From assembly GCA_013043705.1 (NCBI GenBank), contig JABDNS010000036.1, positions 2,390 to 66,389 of the forward strand: 64,000 bases of DNA, read 5' to 3'. The notes beneath the pieces are model-generated. The model was given only the letters and a program-made list of their open reading frames with translations. It was not told the origin of the DNA and ran no database searches. The translations under genes and the position numbers were made by a program. Numbering within the stretch: the first letter of the stretch is position 1; each line of letters begins with the position of its first letter. Below are positions 38,537-47,499 of the stretch, piece by piece. Source of the DNA: Pseudomonadales bacterium. GTDB lineage: Bacteria > Pseudomonadota > Gammaproteobacteria > Pseudomonadales > UBA7434.

Positions 38537-38963
38537 TACAGTAATGATGTTCTGGATCGTTTGCAGGCAGCACCGTATTTGGTATGGATTTAGCACCAGC
38601 GTAAAAAACAATAATTTCTACAGGGCCTCCGAGTGCGGTGGCTCGATGTAGCGTACGCATAACCTCAACCGCAGATTCTCCTTTATTCAAAATAACGTGC
38701 TTGCCACTTGGCGTCTCGACTTTAACTTTGCCCGTTAATATATAGCCCAGCGTTGGCACCGGGTGGCAGTGAAAAGCGGTGGTTTGCCCTTGTGCAATAC
38801 TAAGCTTCACCGAAGTAACCTCCGGCTCTCCGCTCGGGTAGACAATTTCTCCGCCTTCCCAGGTTTTGCTTGTGCGCAGCAGTTCATTCGGTACTGCACT
38901 GGCACAACCAAGCACGAGCAAAACAACAATCCCAAAACGCATGTGTTTAAGTTGATTGCTCAT
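38520..38963 (-). CDS. exported cupin-domain protein
   Basis: Signal or lipobox-like MRFGIVVLLVLGCASAV. Cupin motif 1 is reduced to a single His, FHCHPVP.LGYILTG. 4-nt overlap with the upstream gene. Confidence 0.65.
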   Translation of the reverse strand: MSNQLKHMRFGIVVLLVLGCASAVPNELLRTSKTWEGGEIVYPSGEPEVTSVKLSIAQGQTTAFHCHPVPTLGYILTGKVKVETPSGKHVILNKGESAVEVMRTLHRATALGGPVEIIVFYAGAKSIPNTVLPANDPEHHYCSAQPR

Positions 38964-39439
38964 GAGTCCTTTACCGTATCGCTTACATCAATAAGCAAAT
39001 GTTTTGACAAGTCACCCATTAGCTCGAGTATGATCTGGCGGCTTCTGAAACGCCAATGGCCATCGACGCGCTCGAAACTATCGCTGTAGCGACCTGCGGT
39101 TATTGGCTGCATGGGCAGCTCGCCGGTGGCCTGGAAAATTGTAAAGTACGAGCGCGATGTGGCGGTATCACCCGCCTCATTCATGTTAATAATTACGTTT
39201 GTCGTAACATGCTTGGTTTTGGGCGTACCGGTGTCCGGGTATATTCTTAGGTAACTACATTGCAATGTATAAACGTCTTTTGCGCCATGTGCCAACACGG
39301 TGCCATCTTGCCCGCAGTAATCGGCGTGCTCGAACAGTGCAGCCCATCCCTTAAGCTCGCCCTGGTCGATAAGTTCGGCGTATCGGTAAATAAGGTTTTC
39401 TATTTCTCTAGCACTGCCTGCACTATTTTCATTATTCAT
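38960..39439 (-). CDS. SnoaL/NTF2-like fold protein
   Basis: REIENLIYRYAELIDQGELKGWAALF, with a later GRY.D.F.RVDG.WRF typical of SnoaL_4 and ring-hydroxylating beta-subunit-like proteins. Confidence 0.6.
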   Translation of the reverse strand: MNNENSAGSAREIENLIYRYAELIDQGELKGWAALFEHADYCGQDGTVLAHGAKDVYTLQCSYLRIYPDTGTPKTKHVTTNVIINMNEAGDTATSRSYFTIFQATGELPMQPITAGRYSDSFERVDGHWRFRSRQIILELMGDLSKHLLIDVSDTVKDS

Positions 39440-39445
39440 AATAAA

Positions 39446-40912
39446 TCAAAGCCTCAAACTGCACTTCTCCAGTGCATCGATGATTTCATTTCTTAAAAAT
39501 TGCGGCGCGATAACCTTGTCGAATGCCATGGCATCGGCTGGCACCCAAGCGCCCGATTGCACCTCTTCAATCTGTGCCGTAGTCTGCTTGCTAGCACCCG
39601 CCGCACTGCTACCAGAGATCGCCGGCATGCCGCCCAGGCTCACCGATGGAAACGCCATGCTAATAGTTTGCCCATCCCATGGGTTCATGCCCATTACCGA
39701 ACTGCCAAAGCCGAATGCCTTGCGCAGGGTCACAACAATTTTTTGCCCGCTGTAACGGCGCTGAGCCATGAACATCTGCGCGGCCGCGCGTAGTACACCA
39801 CTTTTCTCAGCGGTGGGCCCTGGCATCACACCAGGATTATCAATTAAAAATAATAACGGCAACTTGCGCTGGTTCGCCACGCCAATAAAATGTGCCGCCT
39901 TATTTGCCGCATCACTATTAATGGTGCCGGCTTGCACCGCCGGCTGGTTGGCAACGATCATACAGCTGTGGCCGCCAACGCGCGCCATCGCGGTAATGAT
40001 GTTACTGCCATAGTCCGGTTGCAGTTCTAGCAGCGTATCGCGATCGACCAATTCGGCAAGCACTTTGTGCATGTCGTAGCCCAGATTTCCCTGCGGTGGA
40101 ATGATATCCAGCAGCGCGCCGGTTTCGCGACGCACGCCTAAACTAGATGCCGTATCGAGTGGCCCGCTAACCAACGCAAGATAATGACGCGTCATATCGA
40201 ACGCCTGTTGCTCACTGCGCGCCAGGTTGTGCGCAACGCCACTTTCACTTGTGTGCATTTTTGCACCGCCCAACTGCTCCGGTGTTGCCTCTATACCCAG
40301 CGCCCCCTTCACCAGTGGTGGTCCTGCGGTGAACATTGCCGCTCCATCTAGCATGATAATGAGATCTGCAAATACGCCGGTGAGTGCTCCATGCCCAGCG
40401 GAAGTACCTAGCACCAGCGTTATCACTGGCACGATGCCTTGCAAATCGGCAACTAACTGCAGGTCATTCGGAATATTCGGATAGCGCTCGGTCTGGTTTT
40501 CAGCGCGCTCGCCCGCGCCATCGAGCATAAGAATAAGCGGCAGGCGCTGCTCGCTGGCCAAGCGAACCATCCTTGCCCGCTTGGCTGCGTTAGGATGGCC
40601 GATTGACCCGCCCTTCACGGTAAAATCTTCAGCGATTACGACAACTGCGCAACCGTCAATCCGCGCTGTGCCTCCCACCACACCATCGGCAGCAAGCGGC
40701 GCCGAGCCGTCGGGGTGGTTGCCTCCTGCAAGGGAACCGTACTCACAGAAACTGTTGCTATCGCACAGCTTTGCGATTCTTTCGCGCGCGGTGAGGCGCC
40801 CCCTGGCATGCTGGCGAGCAACTCGCTCCTCACCGCCCATCGCCAGTGCAGTTTTTTCGCGCGCTGTAAGTTGTTGGTTAAGCTGCTGCCAGCCGTCTCG
40901 ATTTTTAACCAT
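39446..40912 (-). CDS. acyl-CoA carboxylase carboxyltransferase (beta) subunit family protein
   Basis: 488 aa with two carboxyltransferase halves: GRLTARERI..L.D..SF.E, FTVKGGSIG, LDGAGER and PGVMPG...E..G..R. Confidence 0.8.
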   Translation of the reverse strand: MVKNRDGWQQLNQQLTAREKTALAMGGEERVARQHARGRLTARERIAKLCDSNSFCEYGSLAGGNHPDGSAPLAADGVVGGTARIDGCAVVVIAEDFTVKGGSIGHPNAAKRARMVRLASEQRLPLILMLDGAGERAENQTERYPNIPNDLQLVADLQGIVPVITLVLGTSAGHGALTGVFADLIIMLDGAAMFTAGPPLVKGALGIEATPEQLGGAKMHTSESGVAHNLARSEQQAFDMTRHYLALVSGPLDTASSLGVRRETGALLDIIPPQGNLGYDMHKVLAELVDRDTLLELQPDYGSNIITAMARVGGHSCMIVANQPAVQAGTINSDAANKAAHFIGVANQRKLPLLFLIDNPGVMPGPTAEKSGVLRAAAQMFMAQRRYSGQKIVVTLRKAFGFGSSVMGMNPWDGQTISMAFPSVSLGGMPAISGSSAAGASKQTTAQIEEVQSGAWVPADAMAFDKVIAPQFLRNEIIDALEKCSLRL

Positions 40913-40931
40913 AAAGAATTATACGCCGAAC

Positions 40932-40979
40932 AAAAAAAGGGGACAGCTACCAATTCGTGTTGAAATGGTAGTTGTCCCC
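40932..40979 (-). terminator. Rho-independent terminator after the ADC-like gene
   Basis: On the minus strand: GGGGACAACTACCA-13 nt loop-TGGTAGCTGTCCCC followed by TTTTTTT. 14-bp stem with one G-U pair. Confidence 0.65.
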
Positions 40980-41003
40980 GTATGGAGAATAAAAGGCGCG
41001 GTA

Positions 41004-41771
41004 CTATCTTTTTGGGCCGCCCATGGTTCCAGGCCAACGCGAGCCGGAAATCACATCCGAATAAGGAAGAAACTCGGCTGGGTCGAGCTTGCCGGCGAGT
41101 TTAATTTCCCGGTTTTTAAATATCGGCCACCACAGCTGCGCAGAAAGTTGCTCGCGCATTGGCAGTTGGCTTGCAAACGGATCCCAGGGACTGTCGCGCA
41201 GTACCAGTTTGCCTTCTACATTTTCGCAATGCGCGGTGCCATAGTCGCTACGCACATGCACTACGTGCGGCGGGAAATCATAGTTTTCATCCGGTGCAGC
41301 GCCAACTGCTTTCGAATACTTGACCCACCATTCGTTCTGCGAGAAATCTTCAGGGTGCTCAGCCGGGCCGGTTGACGCACCTTCAAACTCCATAAACGTA
41401 TAGCCCTGGTGGATGCAGCGCGCGACCACGTTCTTGCCTACGCGATGATATTGAACTTCGCAGGGATATTTGGGCTGGCCATTCTGGTGCTGGCTAATAA
41501 AGATCGCCGACTCCTGGTCGATACCATAACCAATGGTGTACTCACCTTCTATGCCCTCGTAATCGGCGTTTACCGTGGTCAGCACGCCGTGCTCGGGTAC
41601 GTCCGGAACCGGGAAATTATAAATCGTGACATTAACAATGGGCTCGGCTCCCGGGCTAATGCCAGGCGGAAGCAACTCTGCAATGCAGCCAGGGTCGGTG
41701 CGATAGCTGACCTTTAACATCGGCCAGTGAAATATATCACCACCTGTTAAATTGAATTCTGGGTAGTCCAT
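41004..41771 (-). CDS. acetoacetate decarboxylase (ADC) family protein
   Basis: 255 aa with Y.TDP..I.ELLPPG..P beta-cone type N-terminus. Family call by eye; I did not identify the catalytic Lys. Confidence 0.55.
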   Translation of the reverse strand: MDYPEFNLTGGDIFHWPMLKVSYRTDPGCIAELLPPGISPGAEPIVNVTIYNFPVPDVPEHGVLTTVNADYEGIEGEYTIGYGIDQESAIFISQHQNGQPKYPCEVQYHRVGKNVVARCIHQGYTFMEFEGASTGPAEHPEDFSQNEWWVKYSKAVGAAPDENYDFPPHVVHVRSDYGTAHCENVEGKLVLRDSPWDPFASQLPMREQLSAQLWWPIFKNREIKLAGKLDPAEFLPYSDVISGSRWPGTMGGPKR

Positions 41772-41868
41772 AGTGTTCCTCGCTGTTAGTTAGATTTTTG
41801 TTGATTGATTGACGGCTTGCAGCTACCGATTATTTACAACACGGAGCTGCCTGCCTATACAATATTGT

Positions 41869-42753
41869 TTAGCTGCCCAGCTGTTCGGGCACAGGGGTTA
41901 TGCGATTTAAAACATTGTCTGCCCGGCGCTTGATCGCAGCTTCCGATTCGGGCGTGGTTTTTAAAAGCCAGAACTGGTCTTTTTCTATACCCTCAACGGC
42001 CATCTCTGCCACTTCATCCGGGTGCGTGCTTTTTAAGTCAATCCCATACTCTGCACACATCGCTCGCAAGTCATCTACCGAGGTAATGCCTGTTGAATTC
42101 ACATTGCCGTCGCCTTTCTGGAATTCTTCCGGGCGTACGCGGCCCGAATTAAACAGCCCTGTTTCCACCACGTGTGGGCCTGGAAATAATGCGCTTACCG
42201 TTACGTTGGTTTCTCCGGCCAGCATCTGGTTGTGCAAGTTTTCCGTTACCGCCTGCACCGCTGCCTTGCTTGCGGTGTATATAGGCTGGTCGGGCAGCAC
42301 AATTAGCCCGCCGTTGCCCGAACCGGTAACAATAAAATGCGTTTGCCCATCGCGCGCCAATAAGTGCGGCACCAAAACGGAAATGGTATTCACAACGCCC
42401 CAGAGGTTTACGTTGAAACACCACTGCCAATCTTTTTCTGAGTAATCCCACATGGCGCCCGACTCGCCCGAGCTAATGCCCGCATTGGCAAAGGCAAGAT
42501 CAATGCCGCCAAATTTGTCGATAGCCTTTTTGGCAAGCTCACCCAAGCTGTCGCGACTGGTAACGTCACAAAAGCCCACCACCGATTCAATATCTGCCTC
42601 GGCGAGGTCTGCTTCAATTTTTTGCATGGCATCCTTGTCAACATCGCCAACAACTATTTTGGCACCACGTTTACCAAGACTAAACGCAAGCGATCGGCCA
42701 ACACCGCTGGCACCGCCGGTGATTACAGCTACTTTGTTTTTAAAATCCTGCAT
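41869..42753 (-). CDS. SDR family oxidoreductase
   Basis: VAVITGGASGVGRS, NAGI and YTASKAA (YxxxK). Confidence 0.85.
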   Translation of the reverse strand: MQDFKNKVAVITGGASGVGRSLAFSLGKRGAKIVVGDVDKDAMQKIEADLAEADIESVVGFCDVTSRDSLGELAKKAIDKFGGIDLAFANAGISSGESGAMWDYSEKDWQWCFNVNLWGVVNTISVLVPHLLARDGQTHFIVTGSGNGGLIVLPDQPIYTASKAAVQAVTENLHNQMLAGETNVTVSALFPGPHVVETGLFNSGRVRPEEFQKGDGNVNSTGITSVDDLRAMCAEYGIDLKSTHPDEVAEMAVEGIEKDQFWLLKTTPESEAAIKRRADNVLNRITPVPEQLGS

Positions 42754-42764
42754 CGTGTCCTCGC

Positions 42765-43742
42765 TTAGGCGGTGGAAGTTTCGGGGTATTGTTCAATATA
42801 AAACTGGCGAACCCATTTACGGTAGGTCATTAGCGTTTCATCGCCGGAGCAAAATACGGGTTTACGCCTGTGCACTTTATTGGCCCAAATTGGCGCATCG
42901 TCACTAAGGCCAGCAATAATGCCCTCCATTGCTTTGTCGCCGGCCACATCCTCAATCGGCTTGGTGACCGCCAACGTCCAGCGCATGCGCGTCATGTTTT
43001 TGGACACAGGCTGAGCCGTATTCAACAGCATTAGCTCGGCGCCCGGACCGAAATTCTGGTGCACGGTAGCCAGCCCTGGCTGGTGAATTTCAGAGTGCAG
43101 GTGATGTTTAATACCCAAGCCCTGCGTACCTTCCATCTCGGCGTTCAAATGCATTGTCCGCCCGTCCTCATCGATGCTGATCTCAGAGACAGGCGTTTCA
43201 TTCTGGCTGTGCACATACTGGAAATGCACCGGATCGCAGCTATTCTCCGCGATATCCTGCACGTGCGCGGGTATTTCAAACTCAACGCGGCGCGGTGTCG
43301 TCCAATCAGCATCCGTAAACTGTGTCACCACCGGCACTTGCCATTGCGGATCAGCGCCCTCCTCGTGATACCACATGTAAACTTCGCCATTCGCTTCGCA
43401 AGCCGGCCACGATTGCAACGCCGCGCTGCGTGGCACCTTATCGCAGTACGGAATACTGTCGCAGCTGCCGTCGGTATTAAACTGCCAGCCGTGAAAGGGG
43501 CACTGAATGGTTTCTCCCAGCACGTGGCCATTTACGCCAAGATGCGCGCCAAGGTGTGGGCAATAAGCATCGGCTACTGCAACTTTGCCACTGCGGGTGC
43601 GATACAAAACCAGCTCGCGGCCCATGGCGTGCACTGATTTAACGTCACCAATTTGCAGCTCGCTACTCAGGGCGAGGCTGTACCAACCCATAGGGAAGTT
43701 GGGCAGCACATTGGTTGTAGATTCGCATGCGATAAGGCTCAT
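42765..43742 (-). CDS. Rieske [2Fe-2S] non-haem iron oxygenase, KshA/phthalate-family type alpha subunit
   Basis: Rieske CPHLGAHLG...CPFHGWQF. Mononuclear iron motif ENSCDPVHFQYVH. No beta subunit or reductase gene adjacent. Confidence 0.85.
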   Translation of the reverse strand: MSLIACESTTNVLPNFPMGWYSLALSSELQIGDVKSVHAMGRELVLYRTRSGKVAVADAYCPHLGAHLGVNGHVLGETIQCPFHGWQFNTDGSCDSIPYCDKVPRSAALQSWPACEANGEVYMWYHEEGADPQWQVPVVTQFTDADWTTPRRVEFEIPAHVQDIAENSCDPVHFQYVHSQNETPVSEISIDEDGRTMHLNAEMEGTQGLGIKHHLHSEIHQPGLATVHQNFGPGAELMLLNTAQPVSKNMTRMRWTLAVTKPIEDVAGDKAMEGIIAGLSDDAPIWANKVHRRKPVFCSGDETLMTYRKWVRQFYIEQYPETSTA

Positions 43743-43763
43743 GGATTGGTTCCTTGCTAATTG

Positions 43764-44978
43764 CTAATTAAAAATTGATGTTTGCGGGCCAATGTCGTCG
43801 GCGACACCGCGCAAGTAGGTGTTATCCAAGCCATAAAATTCCACTGCATTGCCGCCAAGAATTTTGCGCCCTGCGTCTTCGGAAAAACCGCTGAAAGTTT
43901 CTTTGTAGTAAGTGGCTGTATTCGGCCAAGTGCCTTCCGGGTGCGGGAAATCGCTACCCCACATAACTGTTCTTGTGCCCAGATGCTCGTGTAAATCCAA
44001 ATCCCGGCGCGGCACGCATGAAGCGCCAATGCCGCAGTTACGTGCAAAATATTTGCTGGGCGCCATGGACAAATGCGATCGAAAATCGCCAAGCTTGGCC
44101 GAGAATTGCACATCAGTGTAATTATGATCTAGCAAGCGCAACCACGGTGGCAGCATAAACAAAGTGCCGCCCTCTACTATCATGCACTTTAGTTTAGGGA
44201 AACGTTCGAACACGCCGCCCCAAATCATGTACGTTAAAGGCCTGTACAACCACCACATAACTTCGGATACATAAATTCCCATACCGCCCGGATAAGTTGC
44301 CGACTCATCTTTGGCCGGAAAAGATTTGCCAAACATTTCATGCATTGGCGCCGGGCCGGAGTGAAAATGAATAATCACGCCCAGTTCTTCGCAAACTTGC
44401 CAGAACGGATCGTACTTAACATGATGGTAAGCGTCATACTCTCCCCATAGCGTAGGCAACATCACCGCACGCAAACCATTGTCAACACACCAACGCACTG
44501 CCTCGATAGCCTGTTCTACATCGAACAGTAACGGAATGGAGGCTACGCCGATGTGTCGCTTGGGATCATTGGCGCACAACTCCGCCAACCAACGGTTGTG
44601 TGCCATCGCGCCGGCCCACTGCAATTCGGGAACCGCGTCTTTCGGGCTCAAACCCAATCCCGCACCGAAGGGCGGCGTATTTTGTTCGGTAATACCATCG
44701 GGAAAAATAATTTCAGCAGCGATGCCATCTTCCGCCAGCATGTTCAGGCGTTGCTTGTAATCCCAGGCGCCAGCCAAACGATCTTTTATCGGCTCACGCC
44801 AGGCATCATTAATTTCTTTTATCAGGAACTGCTGCTCGGCCTTGTCCATCATCTCCACTTGAATCGGCACCGCCATATCGAGCATTTCGTGGTACTTACT
44901 ATCCACGTATGGTTTGTAATCGCCAATTGGCAAGCCACCGTGACAATCGGTGGAAACTACGAGTAAACGATCGGACAT
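43764..44978 (-). CDS. amidohydrolase-2 (ACMSD/LigW-like) family protein
   Basis: VVSTDCHGG N-terminal metal motif, IIHFHSG and GSDFPH near the C-terminus. Confidence 0.75.
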   Translation of the reverse strand: MSDRLLVVSTDCHGGLPIGDYKPYVDSKYHEMLDMAVPIQVEMMDKAEQQFLIKEINDAWREPIKDRLAGAWDYKQRLNMLAEDGIAAEIIFPDGITEQNTPPFGAGLGLSPKDAVPELQWAGAMAHNRWLAELCANDPKRHIGVASIPLLFDVEQAIEAVRWCVDNGLRAVMLPTLWGEYDAYHHVKYDPFWQVCEELGVIIHFHSGPAPMHEMFGKSFPAKDESATYPGGMGIYVSEVMWWLYRPLTYMIWGGVFERFPKLKCMIVEGGTLFMLPPWLRLLDHNYTDVQFSAKLGDFRSHLSMAPSKYFARNCGIGASCVPRRDLDLHEHLGTRTVMWGSDFPHPEGTWPNTATYYKETFSGFSEDAGRKILGGNAVEFYGLDNTYLRGVADDIGPQTSIFN

Positions 44979-45038
44979 AGAAAACCACCCGGGCTCGGTG
45001 TAGGAGTTGGTAAATTAGAAGTATGTTGACTTGCTATT

Positions 45039-45074
45039 TATATACAGATGTGCAATTTTGCGCAAGTGTATATA
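45039..45074. promoter_or_regulatory. 36-bp palindromic candidate operator in the divergent amidohydrolase/TetR promoter region
   Basis: TATATACA-gatGTGCAAttTTGCGCaag-TGTATATA. The outer 8-mers are an exact inverted repeat and the inner part is a near-palindrome. TTGAC lies at 45026. Confidence 0.4.
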
Positions 45075-45116
45075 TATTCCGGCGCACAAGCAAGCCCCGT
45101 AAAGCCCAGAGACGCT

Positions 45117-45764
45117 ATGGAAAACCTTGAAAAATCAACGACTAATGGCGCCGAGGCCGAGCCTGGCCGGCGCGAGCGGCGTAAACTGGAAACCCGTGCG
45201 CGTATCGAAGAGGCGGCCTACCAGCTGTTCCATGACCAGGGCGTAGACGCTACGTCCATCGAGCAGGTCTGCAATGCGGCCGATGTAGCGAGGCGTACTT
45301 TCTACAGCTACTACAGTAACAAGCAAGAACTGCTGGCGCAGATGGGCATCAAGCGGATCTACGACCAAACCGAGCCGATGATGGCCGCGCTAATAACGCA
45401 ACACCGGACAACCGCCGAGCGAATTAGCGGCATGATCGACTACGTTGAACAAAGTTTTACACAATTCGACGATGTTGACCGGCAAATCATTTTAATGGCG
45501 CCCACTATGCTTGCCCCAGGCACGGATATGCATGAAGAGATCGGACGAAGCGCGATGGGGAGTTTTATTCACTTGCTGGAGGCCGGACGCGCGAATGGTG
45601 AAGTCAATACGCCGGTTTCATCAGAAATTATCGCGACCATGATTGTGGGGACGCTTAACCTGTTAACCACGCAATGGGCCACCGACCCGAATTTCCCGGT
45701 AATAGCGCGCCTGGAAGAAGCGCGGTCGGTGTTTAATAGATTACTTACAGAAAACAACGCCTAG
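45117..45764 (+). CDS. TetR/AcrR family transcriptional regulator
   Basis: HTH RIEEAAYQLFHDQGVDATSIEQVCNAADVARRTFYSYY. ATG 45117 preferred over the track start 45048. Confidence 0.8.
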   Translation: MENLEKSTTNGAEAEPGRRERRKLETRARIEEAAYQLFHDQGVDATSIEQVCNAADVARRTFYSYYSNKQELLAQMGIKRIYDQTEPMMAALITQHRTTAERISGMIDYVEQSFTQFDDVDRQIILMAPTMLAPGTDMHEEIGRSAMGSFIHLLEAGRANGEVNTPVSSEIIATMIVGTLNLLTTQWATDPNFPVIARLEEARSVFNRLLTENNA

Positions 45765-46777
45765 TATTTTGCGTTCAGGTTTTTTACCAGTCGAGAAATA
45801 AGTTTGCGTTCAGCCTTGCTAGCAGTCAGGTCGGTGTTGATTACAACAATCGATACATAGCCGCCCTCGAAAGCAGCGGTATCTGCATTCTTGCGTTCCT
45901 CTACGCCATCAAGCACTTTTGGCTCAAGCACGCCTGCGGGAATGGATTCGTTAACTGCTGCGCCAGCACAATCACCATAACAGCCCAGCGGTAAACCCAG
46001 CGCCCGACCCGCCATCGATGGCAACCGGCCTTGCACATTCGATTGTACGCCCAGTATTTCATCGCTAACCGGGTAATTGATATTTAGCGCTATACCGTCG
46101 GGCAACAATCGCTTGGATTTCTTTAGTTTGCCAGGCTGCTTTTCCAGCGCCGCGATAAACTTGATCATCCAGTCGGCTACCACTTCGAAATGCGAGAGGT
46201 TAGCCGCTTCGCACTGGGCGCGATTCCCTACCGGGCAAAAAAGCATTGGCTGAGGCTCGTTGGTACTGATTGCAATGGCGGGCAGGCGCGCACCGGTGGT
46301 TAAAGAAATGCCATGTATTGTGGCGCCCACGGTGCCGGAGACATTGGTAAAAGCACCTACGTTGGCGCCGGCATTGGTACCTGAAATGAGCAGGTCGACT
46401 GCTGCGCCACCCTGCCCCGCTATTGCAATCGCGATCTGCCCTGCCGTAGCAGGCTCTGCACCAGCACCGCTGCTTAGCGAAACCGCGTACTGATCGCCAC
46501 CTGGCGCCGCTTCGCCATCTTCAAATTTTTTGGTAACCAGCACATTGCCCTGGCCGAAATCAATCGCGGCGCTAGAGCCGCTTTGGTTTTCAGATGAACC
46601 CGCCAACGTGACCTTGTGCCCAGCGCTAAGCAATGCAGCGCGCAATGTCTGGATGCCCTGCGAGTCCCAGCCATCGTCATTGGTGAGTGCAATATTCAAT
46701 GCGGCAACATGCGTGCTCACCAGCGAAAGCATCAACGCAACAAAGAACGTTTGCGGTCGAATCACTTTTTTCGTCAT
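45761..46777 (-). CDS. exported SurE-family 5'/3'-nucleotidase-like protein
   Basis: Signal peptide FFVALMLSLVSTHVAA, then LNIALTNDDGWDSQGI and SGSS. ATG 46777. Confidence 0.7.
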   Translation of the reverse strand: MTKKVIRPQTFFVALMLSLVSTHVAALNIALTNDDGWDSQGIQTLRAALLSAGHKVTLAGSSENQSGSSAAIDFGQGNVLVTKKFEDGEAAPGGDQYAVSLSSGAGAEPATAGQIAIAIAGQGGAAVDLLISGTNAGANVGAFTNVSGTVGATIHGISLTTGARLPAIAISTNEPQPMLFCPVGNRAQCEAANLSHFEVVADWMIKFIAALEKQPGKLKKSKRLLPDGIALNINYPVSDEILGVQSNVQGRLPSMAGRALGLPLGCYGDCAGAAVNESIPAGVLEPKVLDGVEERKNADTAAFEGGYVSIVVINTDLTASKAERKLISRLVKNLNAKY

Positions 46778-46867
46778 TAAAAAACCCCTGCAAAAATTTT
46801 GATTAACTATAAACGTAACAACGCAGACCATTTCTATTGCGCCTGGATCTCAGCCATCGAGCCGGCT

Positions 46868-47404
46868 TTAGCGCCGGAGCAAAGCTTTAGGCACTAAAGA
46901 ACCCAAGTTCGGCCACGTGTCAATGGGCGGTATTTCTTTACGTATTAACGCCCAAAAAACCAGTGGTACTTCAAGCAACAATGCTAACACCACTTGCAGC
47001 ACTGCGTAGCCACGCGCAATATGGGTGGCCAAATAACCGTCGGGCAATACAGCAAAGCTAAACCAGACCACCGCTGCGGTAAACGCAAAACCGCCAAAAG
47101 ACATCAGCAAAAATTGCTGGATCGAATTTTCTCGCGGCGCATATGCGAAGATACTCAACGCTGAAAATGAGTCGGCAGGCCGCATTGCGCTTCGCCCTGC
47201 CAGGCCGCCCAATAAATGACCCCACTCATGCAACAAATGCGCGCCAAGCACCAACGCAGCACCAACGATTACGCCAAAAAAATCTCCCAGCGCGGTAGCG
47301 TCGCGCTGGCTTTCAGCCAACCCAAACCATAACAGCACCGCAACCAGCAACAGCAAGCTATCGCGCGTGACAAAAAACAGAAAATTGGGCTTAACAGCAG
47401 ACAT
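46868..47404 (-). CDS. polytopic membrane protein with HExxH motif (putative zincin-like peptidase)
   Basis: About 5 TM segments with LLHEWGHLLGG in a helix. The family is not firmly recognised. Confidence 0.5.
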   Translation of the reverse strand: MSAVKPNFLFFVTRDSLLLLVAVLLWFGLAESQRDATALGDFFGVIVGAALVLGAHLLHEWGHLLGGLAGRSAMRPADSFSALSIFAYAPRENSIQQFLLMSFGGFAFTAAVVWFSFAVLPDGYLATHIARGYAVLQVVLALLLEVPLVFWALIRKEIPPIDTWPNLGSLVPKALLRR

Positions 47405-47499
47405 TCACATACTCTTTACAGGCCGACATTTGATTTGGCAAGGACTCTCCTTTATCTTGCCTGCCCATCCTATCAAGAAAGAGAGCGGGAGTAGCAAAA

